Positions 1-8,562 are shown, numbered from the stretch's first letter. The stretch: 24,000 nt of DNA from Methylobacter sp. (GCA_028716975.1 JAQUOU010000013.1:14721-38720), one strand, 5' to 3'. Notes: a model not told the origin generated them from the sequence alone. A program made the numbers and translations.

Positions 1-926
1 AACGTCCAGTAGCTGTAACCTTGCACCAAGCCGACCGCTTCCATATTGGTCTTGGTGACAAACGCCGCGGCATAAGGTTCGTCATGCAAGCTATCGAAAG
101 GATTGGATGACGAACACCATTCGGTGTAATAGACCGGCTTTCCTTGCGCGCGCTGACAGGTTCCCCAAGCTTGCTCACGCAACACGCTGCGGCGGCTCTT
201 CGCTAATTGCGTCGCGGTGTCGTCGCCGGGTTGGCCGAACGCATCGGTTGGATAATGGTGTGTGCTGACAAAGTCCGCAGGTAGATTATTAGCCGCGCAA
301 AAACCGAGAAAATCGGCTATCCAGGCATTCTGCGCGGTTGCCGGACCGCCGACTTTGAGTAGGCTGTCGACCGCTTTGATTGCGATTGCGGTGGTTTGGT
401 AAAGCTTGAAATAATCTTCTTGTTCCGCCGCCCAGAAAGATTTCAGGTTCGGTTCATTCCAGACTTCGAAGAACCATTGCCGAACCTCGTCCAAGCCGTA
501 GCGGTCAACCCAGTGGCTAACCAGTTTTTTAATTAGCGTTTGCCACTGCGCATAATCTTTCGGCGGCGTGATGTTGCCTTTGTATTTGAATACCGTCGTA
601 GAACCGGAAGCCAAGGTGTTCGGCATGAACGACAGTTCGACAAACGGCTTTATGCCGATTGACAACAGAAAATCGAAAATCCGATCGCTGTTGAAAAACG
701 AATAGATCAGTTTTTCCTGCTGGCAAGTCAGCGTCCCCATATCGTCGTCGAGAATGCCGTGGAAGCGAACATGGCGGAAGCCTAATTCTCCGCGCGATTT
801 CTTAAGCTGTTCCTGCCAGTCGGCGCGCAACGCCAGCCGCGCATGGCTGCTGCCGACTGTATGCTCCCAGACATGCGGCAACGAGGTGGTTGCAGCACCG
901 AGATCGCAGCTAAAATCCGCGCTCAC
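1..926 (-). CDS. Glycoside hydrolase family 39 (beta-xylosidase-like). About 308 N-terminal aa are present; the 3' end runs off the window.
   Basis: Absent from the ORF track because the frame is open at the window edge. My minus-strand translation from GTG 926-924 reads VSADFSCDLGAATTSLPHVWEHTVGSSHARLALRADWQEQL...RIFDFLLSIGIKPFVELSFMPNTLASGSTTVFKYKGNITPPKDYAQWQ...WFFEVWNEPNLKSFW...KVGGPA...DFVSTHHYP...PVYYTEWCSSS. This is nearly colinear with XynB-type GH39 enzymes as I remember them. The acid/base Glu of the NEP motif is at 453-455 and the nucleophile Glu of TEW is at 120-122. The GTG start overlaps the upstream stop (GTGA at 923-926). The start choice is less certain than the family call. 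Confidence 0.8.
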   Translation of the reverse strand, partial: MSADFSCDLGAATTSLPHVWEHTVGSSHARLALRADWQEQLKKSRGELGFRHVRFHGILDDDMGTLTCQQEKLIYSFFNSDRIFDFLLSIGIKPFVELSFMPNTLASGSTTVFKYKGNITPPKDYAQWQTLIKKLVSHWVDRYGLDEVRQWFFEVWNEPNLKSFWAAEQEDYFKLYQTTAIAIKAVDSLLKVGGPATAQNAWIADFLGFCAANNLPADFVSTHHYPTDAFGQPGDDTATQLAKSRRSVLREQAWGTCQRAQGKPVYYTEWCSSSNPFDSLHDEPYAAAFVTKTNMEAVGLVQGYSYWT

Positions 927-1309
927 GGCAATTCTCCCGCGGCGGCTGGATAAGCCACCGTGGTCATCAGCGCGAGCGCCGACTGGCGGGAATCGAGCCG
1001 CGTATGCTGAACGACGATAGGCACATCCGCTTCGATAACGCTGGCGTAATCGGTATTGTGCGGAACCGGTTCGGGATCGGTGAATTCATTGAAGCGGACG
1101 TGTTTAGTGCGCGAGGCATTGACGGCAAAGCGATAAGGCCCCACCGGGTCCCGGTCGGAAAAATAGAGCATGACCTCGACATGGGCATCTTGAGCATTGC
1201 AATTCAGGATGCACATGGCATCGTGGCTGACTAATTCCCGGTTGCTGCCGGTGCTGGCGGGAGGAATATAACCGTCGGGAATGACCCAGCATTTATGACC
1301 GATATTCAT
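923..1309 (-). CDS. ASRT-family protein (homolog of the Anabaena sensory rhodopsin transducer), about 128 aa
   Basis: The ORF-track entry 923..1318 starts at a GTG. The ATG at 1309 has AAAGGAG 8 nt upstream and gives MNIGHKCWVIPDGYIPP.... The product is colinear with ASRT from memory (CW.I..GYIPP, HVE..LY.SD..PVGPYR, RTKHVRFN, VPIVVQHTRLDSRQ). Confidence 0.8.
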   Translation of the reverse strand: MNIGHKCWVIPDGYIPPASTGSNRELVSHDAMCILNCNAQDAHVEVMLYFSDRDPVGPYRFAVNASRTKHVRFNEFTDPEPVPHNTDYASVIEADVPIVVQHTRLDSRQSALALMTTVAYPAAAGELP

Positions 1310-1365
1310 AGTTATCACTCCTTTGTTAAAGCTGAAACAAAGCCAAGCCTGGCGGAATTCTCTTC

Positions 1366-1400
1366 CCCTTCGACAGGCTCAGGGCGAACGCAACTCAGCA
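1366..1400. repeat. Family-A interspersed repeat, partial copy (CCCCTTCGACAGGCTCAGGGCGAACG...)
   Basis: The core TTCGACAGGCTCA followed by GAACG is shared with the copies at 13212-13260 and 23485-23508. It lies in the 123-bp spacer between the SDR stop and the ASRT start. Confidence 0.5.
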
Positions 1401-1441
1401 AGGCTTACGGCTGTGAAAGCTGCGGTACTGACCCAGCCCAT

Positions 1442-2491
1442 TCACTGCCTGCCGGCAGTTTTCAAGCGCCTGTTTTCACGCAAGCGCCGGCAAGCCCATA
1501 CGCCGGCGACCAGCAAGCCTATCGCGATCGGTTCCCGGTAGAGCGTGGCCCAAAGTTGCAGTTCGCCCGATTTGGCGCGTTTATCAAAACGGCCGTGAGC
1601 GGCAAAATCCCCTTCTACCGCTTGCCATAGATTATTCGGATTTGAAGGATCAGCGGGCTGACTGCTTTGCTGGCCTTCATAACCGCTGCGCGCCAGGTAG
1701 CGGTCAATCCAGCCCGGAATGAATTTGTTCGCCCAAATCACTTTTACGGTAGGCAGCCCGACATACACCTCGCGCCGCTGGTGAGACGCCGCCCAGAAAA
1801 TGGCCTTGGCCGCCATTTCCGGTTCGAAAATGGGCGGCACCGGCTGCGGCCGCTTCGGCATATTATTTTTACCCCAGTCGAACTGCGGCGTATTAAGGGC
1901 GGGCATATGCACCATCGTCAGCCGGATTTTGCTGCGATCATGCAACAGCTCGCTGCGCAAAGCATCGGTAAAGCCGCGGATCGCAAACTTCGCGCCGCAG
2001 TAAGGCGACTGTAGCGGAATGGCCCGGTAAGCCAGCGCCGACCCGACCTGAATGATGATGCCGCGATTGAGAGGCTTCATGCGCTTGAGCGCGGCCATTG
2101 TGCCGTATACGGCTCCCAAATAAGTGACTTCTGTGGCGCGCTTGTAATCGTCAGCAGAAATTTGCTCGAAAGGCGAATAGATCGTCGCCATGGCATTATT
2201 GATCCAGATATCAATTCGGCCGAATGTTCTTTCCACAAGCGCCGCCGCCGCTTCGACCTGAGCCGCATCGGCCACATCCGCTGTGCCTATAACGGCTTCA
2301 CCGCCTAAATTGCGCACTTCATTGGCTGCCTGCTCAAGGCGAGCCCGGTCGCGCCCGATCAGTCCGATGCGGGTGCCGGCTCGGGCGAATTCTTGAGCCG
2401 TCGCGCGGCCAACGCCTGCACCCGCGCCGGTAATGACGATAACCTGCGCCTTTGGGTCTGTGCTATCTCTTTTCAAGTTCCGGTCAATCAT
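1442..2491 (-). CDS. Short-chain dehydrogenase/reductase (SDR) with a roughly 90-aa C-terminal extension ending in a hydrophobic segment
   Basis: Contains VITGAGAGVGRA (TGxxxGxG), NNAM, and YCGAKFAIRGF (catalytic YxxxK). The C-terminal EPIAIGLLVAGVWACRRL looks like a membrane anchor. AGGAGA lies 7 nt upstream of the ATG at 2491. Confidence 0.85.
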   Translation of the reverse strand: MIDRNLKRDSTDPKAQVIVITGAGAGVGRATAQEFARAGTRIGLIGRDRARLEQAANEVRNLGGEAVIGTADVADAAQVEAAAALVERTFGRIDIWINNAMATIYSPFEQISADDYKRATEVTYLGAVYGTMAALKRMKPLNRGIIIQVGSALAYRAIPLQSPYCGAKFAIRGFTDALRSELLHDRSKIRLTMVHMPALNTPQFDWGKNNMPKRPQPVPPIFEPEMAAKAIFWAASHQRREVYVGLPTVKVIWANKFIPGWIDRYLARSGYEGQQSSQPADPSNPNNLWQAVEGDFAAHGRFDKRAKSGELQLWATLYREPIAIGLLVAGVWACRRLRENRRLKTAGRQ

Positions 2492-2532
2492 GAAAAATCT
2501 CCTGATTTGTTACGAGAAGCTCTCACTTGAAC

Positions 2533-5430
2533 CTACACAGCATTTCCATGCTGTTCATTTTCCAGCGCCATGAGGATGACTTCCGCACTATGCAGGCTGC
2601 GCTGCCCGGTCAGTTGGGCAATTTGCTCGCGGCAGCTATAACCATCGGCCACTATCAGCGTATCAGGCGGAGCGGCGCGCACGGCCGGCAGTAAAACCAG
2701 CTCCCCTATCTGTTTTGACACTTCATATTTATCTTTTTCAAAGCCGAATGAACCGGCCATGCCGCAACAACCTGAATCAAGCCATTGACAATCCAAGCCA
2801 AGATTTTTGAGTACGTTTAATGCGTCATCCGTTTTAATAATAGCCTTTTGATGGCAATGCCCGTGCAGTATGGCTTTACGCGGAAGCTTCGGAAACGGCA
2901 AATTCGGCGCCTTCTTCATCAAAAACTCGCTAAAAAAATAGGTTTGCCGGCTTAATTTTTGCGCGTCTTCGTCGTCAGGAAAGAGATTGACCAATTCGTC
3001 GCGGAATACTGCGACGCAAGCAGGCTCCAGGCCAACCATGGGAACACCGTTATTAATATCCTGGCGCATACCGGCGAGAATTTGCTGCAATTGCCGCTTG
3101 GCCTGTTTCAGCATGCCGAAATCATATAACGGACGTCCGCAGCAAATGTGCTGCTCGGGAATGCGCACCTGAAAACCCGCCGCTTCCAACACCGCGACCG
3201 CGGCTTTAGCGGTTTCAGGATGAAAATGGTTGTTGAAGGTATCCGGCCAGAGGATGACGGCAGGCTTATCCTGATTGCTAAGCGGCCTCTGTTTAAACCA
3301 GTGCAGGAAGGTTTCCGGCGCAAATTGCGGAATACGGCGCTGCGGCGCCATCCCAGACATCATCTTCATCAGATCGCTAACACCAGGCGCTTGCACCAGC
3401 CAATTAATCGGCCCCGGTGCATAGGCAGCAAGTGCTGCCCAACGGTTAATCCAGCCGAAGGCATAAGCTTGGCGAGGGTGCCGTTTGCGCTGGTAATAAT
3501 GCGATAAAAACTCGGCCTTGTAAGTCGCCATATCGACATTGACCGGACAATCGCCTTTGCAGCCTTTACAGGCAAGGCATAAATCGAGCGATTCTTTCAT
3601 TTCCTCGCTTTGCCAGAGGTCTTTAATAATTTCGCCGCGCATGGTTTCGAACAATAACCGTGCTCTGCCCCGGGTGGAATGCTGTTCTTCGCGAGTGACT
3701 CTATAACTGGGACACATGGTCTGGGTATGGTGCTGGCGGCAGTTGCCGATGCCGACGCAGCGCAAGATGACCTTGCTGAATTGGCCTTTGTCTTTCGGAT
3801 ACTGGAAATGCGTAGTCGCTTGCATCAATTTGTATCCCGTTCCCAGGCGCAGATTTTCAGTGGGGAGATAGGCATCGACAATCTTGCCGGGGTTCATTTT
3901 GCCATCCGGGTCCCAAATTGATTTGAACTCCCGGAACGCCTGCACCAATTCCTCGCCGAACATAAGCGGCAGGAATTCCGCTTTCGATTGACCGTCGCCA
4001 TGTTCCCCCGAAAGCGAACCGCCATAGCTTACGACCAGATCGGCCGCTTCGTTCAAAAAGGCATGGAAGGCCTGTATACCGGCAGCCGTTTCCAGGTCGA
4101 AATCGATGCGGGTATGAATACAGCCTTCGCCAAAATGCCCGTACAAATCGCAGCCGTAGCCGAATTTTTCCAGCAGTTTGCGGAAATCGCGCAGATAGCT
4201 CCCCACTTTATCGGGCGGCACCGCGGCGTCTTCCCAGCCTTCCCAAGTGATTTTTTTGTCGGGCACATGAGCTGTTGCGCCTAGCCCGGACTCGCGCACT
4301 TTCCAGATCATTTCCTCTTCTTTGGGATCATCGAATAATTTCATTGTTGGCGGATTGCCTGATTGCCTTAGCGCATCCATGCAAGCAGTTGCCAAAGCAT
4401 CGGACTGGTTTTTAGTGTTGCCGCCGAATTCGGCGAGCAGCCAGCCGCCGCCTTCAGGCAATAACCGGATATCTTGAGGATGCAGGTTAATAGCTTTCAT
4501 GTCCGCTATCAAGCGGTCATCAATGCCTTCCAGTCCGATAGGTTTATGCTTTAGCACCTCGGGAACATGATCGCCCGCGCTGAACACATCCGGATAACCG
4601 AGCACCAGCAGCGACCGCGCCGGAGGACTATCGACCAGCCGTAACGCGGCTTCAAGAATGACAACACACGTGCCTTCCGAACCGACCAGGGCGCGGGCTA
4701 CATTAAATCCATTTTCAGGCAACAGCTCGTCAAGGTTATAACCAGATACGCGCCGCGGGATTTTCGGATAGCGGCTGCGGATTCGATCAGCCTCCCGCTC
4801 GCACAAGGCTTTCAGCCGTGCATAGATGCCGCCGCGGCGTCCGCCTTCGGCAATAATCCTTTCAAACGCGTTTAGATCGGTTTTGCCGACTTTCATACGC
4901 GTGCCGTCATAGAGCAGCACGTCGAGCTCAATGACATTATCGACGGTTTTCCCGCCCATCACCGAATGCACGCCGCACGAGTTATTGCCAATCATGCCGC
5001 CAAGCGTATTATGCGTGTGCGTTGACGGGTCAGGAGCGAATGTTAAATGATGTTTTTCGGCAGCGTCGCGTAAATCATCCAGTACGCAGCCCGGCTCGAC
5101 TCTTGCCATTTTTTTATCGGGATTGAGCTCAAGGATACGGTTGAGGTACTTGGACATATCCATGACGACGGCGACATTACAGCACTGTCCCGCGAGGCTG
5201 GTGCCGCCGCCGCGCGAAACGAGAGGCGCGCTGTGCCTATTACAGGCGGTGACTGTCGCAATGACATCATCAATTGATTTTGGAATGACCACGCCGATAG
5301 GCGCCTGACGGTAATTGGACGCATCGGTCGCATAAAGGGCGCGGCTGCCGTTATCAAATCGCACTTCGCCCTGAATGTTCCGGCTTAGCTCGGCGGCAAG
5401 GGCAGCGGCATTAAGACTGGAGATTGTCAT
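2533..5430 (-). CDS. FAD-linked oxidase fused to 4Fe-4S and two CCG domains (YdiJ / Fe-S D-2-hydroxyacid or D-lactate dehydrogenase type), 965 aa
   Basis: The N-terminus has an FAD-binding-4 type region (SRGGGTSLAGQ). The middle has CVGIGNCRQHHTQTMCP and CLACKGCKGDCPVNVD Fe-S motifs. The C-terminus has two CCG motifs (HICCGRPLYD, SGCCGMAGSFGF). GGAGA lies 7 nt upstream of the ATG at 5430. Confidence 0.85.
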   Translation of the reverse strand: MTISSLNAAALAAELSRNIQGEVRFDNGSRALYATDASNYRQAPIGVVIPKSIDDVIATVTACNRHSAPLVSRGGGTSLAGQCCNVAVVMDMSKYLNRILELNPDKKMARVEPGCVLDDLRDAAEKHHLTFAPDPSTHTHNTLGGMIGNNSCGVHSVMGGKTVDNVIELDVLLYDGTRMKVGKTDLNAFERIIAEGGRRGGIYARLKALCEREADRIRSRYPKIPRRVSGYNLDELLPENGFNVARALVGSEGTCVVILEAALRLVDSPPARSLLVLGYPDVFSAGDHVPEVLKHKPIGLEGIDDRLIADMKAINLHPQDIRLLPEGGGWLLAEFGGNTKNQSDALATACMDALRQSGNPPTMKLFDDPKEEEMIWKVRESGLGATAHVPDKKITWEGWEDAAVPPDKVGSYLRDFRKLLEKFGYGCDLYGHFGEGCIHTRIDFDLETAAGIQAFHAFLNEAADLVVSYGGSLSGEHGDGQSKAEFLPLMFGEELVQAFREFKSIWDPDGKMNPGKIVDAYLPTENLRLGTGYKLMQATTHFQYPKDKGQFSKVILRCVGIGNCRQHHTQTMCPSYRVTREEQHSTRGRARLLFETMRGEIIKDLWQSEEMKESLDLCLACKGCKGDCPVNVDMATYKAEFLSHYYQRKRHPRQAYAFGWINRWAALAAYAPGPINWLVQAPGVSDLMKMMSGMAPQRRIPQFAPETFLHWFKQRPLSNQDKPAVILWPDTFNNHFHPETAKAAVAVLEAAGFQVRIPEQHICCGRPLYDFGMLKQAKRQLQQILAGMRQDINNGVPMVGLEPACVAVFRDELVNLFPDDEDAQKLSRQTYFFSEFLMKKAPNLPFPKLPRKAILHGHCHQKAIIKTDDALNVLKNLGLDCQWLDSGCCGMAGSFGFEKDKYEVSKQIGELVLLPAVRAAPPDTLIVADGYSCREQIAQLTGQRSLHSAEVILMALENEQHGNAV

Positions 5431-5481
5431 CAGTAAGTCTCCACAAAATCATGAGTTTTGAACTGGACAAGAGCCGCATAT

Positions 5482-6597
5482 TCAAACCGCGTACCGCGCT
5501 GCATCCGCATATTTGAACTCCAGTCCTAAACCCGGACGAGAAAGATCAGGGATCAATTCGCCATTTACCGGTTCGAGCGCGCCGTCGAAGAGCATTTTTT
5601 CTATGCGTACATGGTCGTGGAAATATTCCAGGTGACGTACCGCTTGGGCAGCGCAGCAGGAATGAACATGTATCGATGGCGCACAGTGGCTGGAAAGCGG
5701 CAAATTAAACGCCCGGCACAGGGCGGCTGCCTGCATGAAGCCGGTAATTCCCGCACAGCGGGTAGCATCGGCTTGCAATACATCGACAGCGCCGGCTTGC
5801 AGCATGCGACGAAAGTAAATACTGTCATAGCCATATTCGCCGGCGCTAATGTCCATACCCGGCGGCGCTCTGTCGCGTATCAAACGCAATCCTTCCAGGT
5901 CATCGCTAACCACTGGCTCCTCGAGCCATGATACGCCCTCATCGGCAAAGGCTTGCGCCATCGCCAGCGCCTGTTTGCAGGAATAAGCGCCATTGGCGTC
6001 GACGAAAAGCTCACTGGCCGCCCCAACGGCTTGACGCGCAGCGGCGACCCTGGAAACATCCTGCTCCGGTTCGCGCCCGATTTTCATTTTGACCCGCGTT
6101 ATTCCTTTCTCCGTCCAATCGGCAAGCTGTTCCTGCAATGTTGCAACCGAGTAAGAGGTAAAACCGCCGCTGCCATAAACAGGAACCGCTGTGCGTACCT
6201 GGCCCAATAAGGTAACCAGAGGCATATCGAGAAGTCGCGCTTTTAAGTCCCATAAGGCGTTATCAACCGCGGCAATCGCCATGGAACAAATACCCGGCCG
6301 GCCCAGATTACGGATTTGCGCGGTCATGGCCTCCCAGCAGTAGCCCACCGACAGCGCATCGCATCCCGTTACGATACCGGCGAGTTTATCGTTAACCAAT
6401 CTTGCGGTTGCCGTATCGGCATAACTGAAGCCAATGCCGGTCTTGCCGTTCGCAGCAGCTTCGACCAGCACCAGCGTAGTCGAAGTCCACTCAAGCGTGC
6501 CGTCGGATTCCGGCGTGGCGGTCGGGATACGAAAGGCTGAGCTTCGTATCCTGGCGATGGGCGGACCGCTGAAATTAGGACGGCTGCTCCGGCTCAT
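5482..6597 (-). CDS. Enolase-superfamily enzyme, mandelate racemase subgroup (racemase or acid-sugar dehydratase; substrate unknown)
   Basis: Contains AIAAVDNALWDLKAR, a KxK motif (RVKMKIG), metal-ligand motifs FVDANGAY / WLEEP / ISAGE, LQADATRCAGITG, and SSHC (His of the His-Asp dyad). GGAG lies 6 nt upstream of the ATG at 6597. The gap to the upstream gene is 13 bp. Confidence 0.8.
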   Translation of the reverse strand: MSRSSRPNFSGPPIARIRSSAFRIPTATPESDGTLEWTSTTLVLVEAAANGKTGIGFSYADTATARLVNDKLAGIVTGCDALSVGYCWEAMTAQIRNLGRPGICSMAIAAVDNALWDLKARLLDMPLVTLLGQVRTAVPVYGSGGFTSYSVATLQEQLADWTEKGITRVKMKIGREPEQDVSRVAAARQAVGAASELFVDANGAYSCKQALAMAQAFADEGVSWLEEPVVSDDLEGLRLIRDRAPPGMDISAGEYGYDSIYFRRMLQAGAVDVLQADATRCAGITGFMQAAALCRAFNLPLSSHCAPSIHVHSCCAAQAVRHLEYFHDHVRIEKMLFDGALEPVNGELIPDLSRPGLGLEFKYADAARYAV

Positions 6598-6610
6598 TGG
6601 CAGCTCCGGC

Positions 6611-8377
6611 CTAGGCGAAGAGTTGTTTAAATGACGCCTTGATAATAGCAGCCGAATCCGGATCGCCCTGCAAAATTGCCGAGGAATACGCTCTCACCTG
6701 ATCGAAGCTGATATGGGGCGGCAGCGGCGGCACATTAGGATCGGTATAGGCTTCAAGCACCATCGGCCGGTCGGCGCCAAGCGCTTGCTCCCAGGCATCA
6801 GCGAGCTGCTCCGGCCGATCAATGCAAAGGCCGCGCAAGCCGATCAGCTGCGCACAGCGTGCATAAGGGAAATCCGGTAAATCCTGCGAGGCTTCAAACT
6901 TCGGATCGCCTTCCATCGCCCGCTGCTCCCAGGTTACCTGATTCAGGTCGCGATTATTGAGAACCATAATGACCAGCCGCGGATCGCTCCAGCGCTGCCA
7001 GTATTTGCCGATGGTAATCAGCTCATTGATGCCGTTCATTTGCATGGCGCCATCGCCGACCAGCGCAATTACTACGCGGCCTGGATGCGCGAATTTTGCT
7101 GCAATCGCATAAGGCACGCCCGGCCCCATGGTGGCAAGTCCGCCGGACAACGAAGCCATCATGCCCGAGCGCATTTTCAGGTCGCGCGCATACCAGTTGG
7201 CTGACGAACCCGAATCGCAGGTGAGAATGCAGTTATCTGGCAGACGCGGGGACAGCTCCCAGAAGACGCGTTGCGGATTAATCGGATCAGCCGATTGCAT
7301 GGCCCGCGCCTCCAGGGTTTCCCACCAATGCGTGACTTGTTTTTCAATGCGCTCCTGCCAACTGCGGTCTTCTTTTTTTTGCAATAATGGAATAAGGGAT
7401 CTTAACGTTTGAACGCTGTCGCCGATCAGGTTCACTTCCATCGGATAGCGAATGCCGATCATGCGGCCGTTAATGTCGATTTGCACGCCTCGAGCCTGGC
7501 CTTCTTCGGGCAAAAATTCCGAATAAGGAAAACTGGAGCCGACCATCAACAAGGTATCGCAATCCATCATCATGTTATAGCTGGGCTTGGTACCCAACAG
7601 CCCTATTGAACCAGTCACATACGGAATATCATCGGGCACCGCGGCTTTACCCAGCAAGGCCTTGGCAATGCCGGCCCCCAGCAGCTCAGCCACTTCCAGT
7701 ATCTCGGCCGTGGCCTGCAGCGCCCCCGCGCCAACCAGCATGGCCACTTTGTCGCCTGCATTAAGCACGTCGGCGGCATGCTGTAAATCTTCGGCATGAG
7801 GCACGGTGCGCGGCGCCTGGTATCCTATCCCGGAATGGATGGTGCCATGCTCGTGAGGCGGCGTCTGGGCGTCCATTTCCTGAATATCGTTAGGAATGAT
7901 GATGCAGCAGACCGTACGTTCAGCTTGTGCGATGCGCATGGCGCGATCAATCAAATGACGCATTTGAGCCGGGGTTGACGCCATTTGCACATATTCATGG
8001 GCGACGTCTTTAAACAATGAAACAAGATCGACTTCCTGCTGATAATTGCCGCCCAGCGCAGCCCGCTTCTGTTGCCCGACGATTGCGACCACCGGTTGAT
8101 GGTCGAGTTTTGCATCATAAAGTCCATTCAATAAATGAATCGCGCCCGGGCCGGAAGTCGCCAGGCAAACACCGACTTCGCCGGTAAATTTGGCATGGGC
8201 GCAAGCCATAAAAGCCGCCATCTCTTCATGCCGCACCTGAATAAACTCGAGCTTGTACGGATCGCGGTTTAAGGCGCCCATAATGCCGTTAATGCCATCG
8301 CCCGGATAACCGAAAATGCGTTTTACCCCCCAGCCGGATAAACGCTCGACTAAAAAATCGCTGACGTTCTTCTTCAT
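6611..8377 (-). CDS. Thiamine-diphosphate-dependent enzyme, pyruvate oxidase / pyruvate:quinone oxidoreductase (PoxB)-like, 588 aa
   Basis: The N-terminus VKRIFGYPGDGINGIMGALNR...VRHEEMAAFMACAHAKFTGEVGVCLATSGPGAIHLLNGLYDA parallels E. coli PoxB from memory. The ThDP motif is GDGAMQMNGINELITIGKYW...VLNN. Substrate is not assignable from sequence. Confidence 0.85.
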   Translation of the reverse strand: MKKNVSDFLVERLSGWGVKRIFGYPGDGINGIMGALNRDPYKLEFIQVRHEEMAAFMACAHAKFTGEVGVCLATSGPGAIHLLNGLYDAKLDHQPVVAIVGQQKRAALGGNYQQEVDLVSLFKDVAHEYVQMASTPAQMRHLIDRAMRIAQAERTVCCIIIPNDIQEMDAQTPPHEHGTIHSGIGYQAPRTVPHAEDLQHAADVLNAGDKVAMLVGAGALQATAEILEVAELLGAGIAKALLGKAAVPDDIPYVTGSIGLLGTKPSYNMMMDCDTLLMVGSSFPYSEFLPEEGQARGVQIDINGRMIGIRYPMEVNLIGDSVQTLRSLIPLLQKKEDRSWQERIEKQVTHWWETLEARAMQSADPINPQRVFWELSPRLPDNCILTCDSGSSANWYARDLKMRSGMMASLSGGLATMGPGVPYAIAAKFAHPGRVVIALVGDGAMQMNGINELITIGKYWQRWSDPRLVIMVLNNRDLNQVTWEQRAMEGDPKFEASQDLPDFPYARCAQLIGLRGLCIDRPEQLADAWEQALGADRPMVLEAYTDPNVPPLPPHISFDQVRAYSSAILQGDPDSAAIIKASFKQLFA

Positions 8378-8562
8378 GGCAACTCCTTTATCTCAAGTTG
8401 GCAGCTTGAATGCCCGCAGGCGCAGGCATCACTGTTTGGCTGATTTTTACAGCTCAGGCTACAGTACTCATCGCCCGGTGATACTTTGCAGAGGCAACGC
8501 GGATGGGCGCAATAAGTTGCGTCGTCCTGATCCGACACGTTACCCGGTAGTGCTGCTGTCAT
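8374..8562 (-). CDS. Cys/His-rich 62-aa miniprotein, SmtA/BmtA-metallothionein-like or zinc-ribbon-like
   Basis: Has 8 Cys and 2 His in the pattern YCAHPRCLCKV...EYCSLSC...ACACGHSSC, which resembles SmtA (CACEPCLCNV...YYCSEAC...GCGHTGC). GGGAGA lies 5 nt upstream of the ATG at 8562. Its stop overlaps the start of the TPP enzyme (ATGA at 8374-8377). Confidence 0.55.
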   Translation of the reverse strand: MTAALPGNVSDQDDATYCAHPRCLCKVSPGDEYCSLSCKNQPNSDACACGHSSCQLEIKELP

